Positions 62,615-64,000 of a DNA stretch of 64,000 bases are shown here, in pieces (position 1 is the first letter of the stretch; each line of letters opens with the position of its first letter). Location of the stretch: assembly GCA_036172245.1 (NCBI GenBank), contig JAYWIR010000005.1:1054001-1118000 (forward strand), read 5' to 3'. The notes under the pieces are model-generated. The model saw nothing but the letters and a program-made list of their open reading frames with translations, was not told where the DNA came from and made no database searches. The translations under genes were made by a program, and so were the position numbers. Origin of the DNA: Raillietiella orientalis. Taxonomy: Eukaryota.

Positions 62615-64000
62615 TTTTCACCCGGGTCGTAGGGGTGTTTATTTAAAACAAACTCTCAACACGCTCTGTGGCTGGACCTATCCAGGATCCAGCCACGCCC
62701 GAAGAAACAACACAGAGCCTGCCGGGCCACCGGTTCGCAGACCGGTACGGTCCACCACGGCAGCAGGGGGGAAGGGGGAAAGATAAAAAACTAAACAAAA
62801 AGAAAACAAAAAGTGGGAGGGTACGGGAAGGGATCACAGTAGCTGCTGGGGCCGCTGCATCCTTCGCAGGATGCCGGCAAGCTCTTCCTGAATGTTTGGA
62901 TCCAGGTGGGGCCATCGCGTCGTCCACTCCAAAAATTCGTCGGTGCGCTGAATGGCACCCTTATCACGAGGACCTCCTCCCGCAGCCTTGCTCCAAGCGG
63001 CGACGATCCCGCGAAGGCAGCACAGGGCTGCTAACGAGGCCGCAGGCCGAAGGGCTTCGGCAACGAAGAGGGCTTTTATAGCGTCCCTGCGGTTGCCGCC
63101 GGGGATTCCGATGACCGCCGCAAAGCGTAGTCAAAGGGACCGAAGGGCAACACAATCCACAAGGAGGTGGGGGAGGGACTCCCGTTCCCCACACCTAACG
63201 CAATTTGGGTTCACCGCTCCCCAGGTCCAATGGTGTCGGCGGGCGTTGCACGGGAGTCCCCAGTGCTGCAACAGTAGAGCCGACTCCTGCCATTTTAAGG
63301 GGAGGGTGGAGGTGTTCATGAGCACCGGGGGCCACTTCAGACGTTCAATGGGAACATCGAGCAGCGCGCCCCAGCGCAGAAGTCCATGGGGAGGCGTACT
63401 CGGGGTCGCAGCGTCCGTTAGCTGGCCCGTCTTCCACTCTCCTATCTTCCTCTCCCTTCCGGAGATTGTAACTGTAACCTCCCACTTCACCGCAACATCG
63501 CTGTCCAGATCTTCCACTAGGGAGGCCAGCGCAGCAGCGAGGGGGATTCTTCCTGCCCACGCTCTCTTCTTTGGATCCTCCAGGATCTCTCGGAGCGTGC
63601 AACTTTTATAGCTCCCAAACAGGAACCGTCGTTCCTGTTGGGCGCGTGGCATGCCGCTCTGTGCCCACGTGCGAACGGTTTCCTGCAACCAGGCACTATC
63701 GTTCGCGGGGCGACAGGTGATCCATCCTTGATTTTCCCGAATCAAGGCTGCCACCCTCCGTAGCTGGAGCCCACATCGGTTGATGCGGGAGCGATGGAGT
63801 GAAAGAAAGGACGTGAGCCCCGTCTTGCCGGTGGCTTTCTTGACGAGGAGACGTTCAGGGACGCACCAGCAGGTGCTCCACAACTCCGGCACAAAGGCCA
63901 TCAAACGGAACCGAAATGAAATGAAAGGCCATCACGCCTCCAAGCATTCGACTGCGTCGACCAGAATCTCCTGTTGGAGCTTCTAGAACGCTTGGGCTTC
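62615..64000 (-). mobile_element. Best-preserved copy of the L1/Tx1-group element: ORF2 C-terminal region with CCHC-type zf-RVT and full 3' UTR; runs off the window
   Basis: ORF 63131-63904 contains CVRCGERESLPHLLVDC (C-x2-C...E...H-x4-C) and continues past a stop to ...EELAGILRRMQRP. The 3' UTR has GATCCCTTCCC (62835-62825), a T-rich tract, two hairpins and AATAAACACCCC...GGGTGAAAA ending at 62615. Confidence 0.9.

Overview
Eukaryotic (arthropod-type) genomic DNA; no prokaryotic features, CRISPR arrays, rRNA or tRNA genes seen. An AT-rich, CpG-poor gene island (~19.5-26.9 kb) carries a 4-exon mitochondrial import translocase Tim23 gene (minus strand) arranged head-to-head with a tramtrack-group BTB/C2H2 zinc-finger gene (plus). 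These are followed by a complete 15-coding-exon CaMKII gene (plus, 27555-40174, 483 aa) with several candidate alternative exons in its variable linker. Both flanks (1-17.8 kb and 41-64 kb) are GC- and CpG-rich and full of decayed sequence. The right flank holds at least eight fragments of one L1/Tx1-group non-LTR retrotransposon family. The most striking signal is that this family is nested inside itself in antisense orientation: a three-level insertion with two perfect 13-bp target-site duplications at 51225-51595, and a further case at ~62615. Its copies end in a conserved, covarying stem-loop 3' end with essentially no poly(A) tail. Much of the GC-rich flanks remains unexplained.
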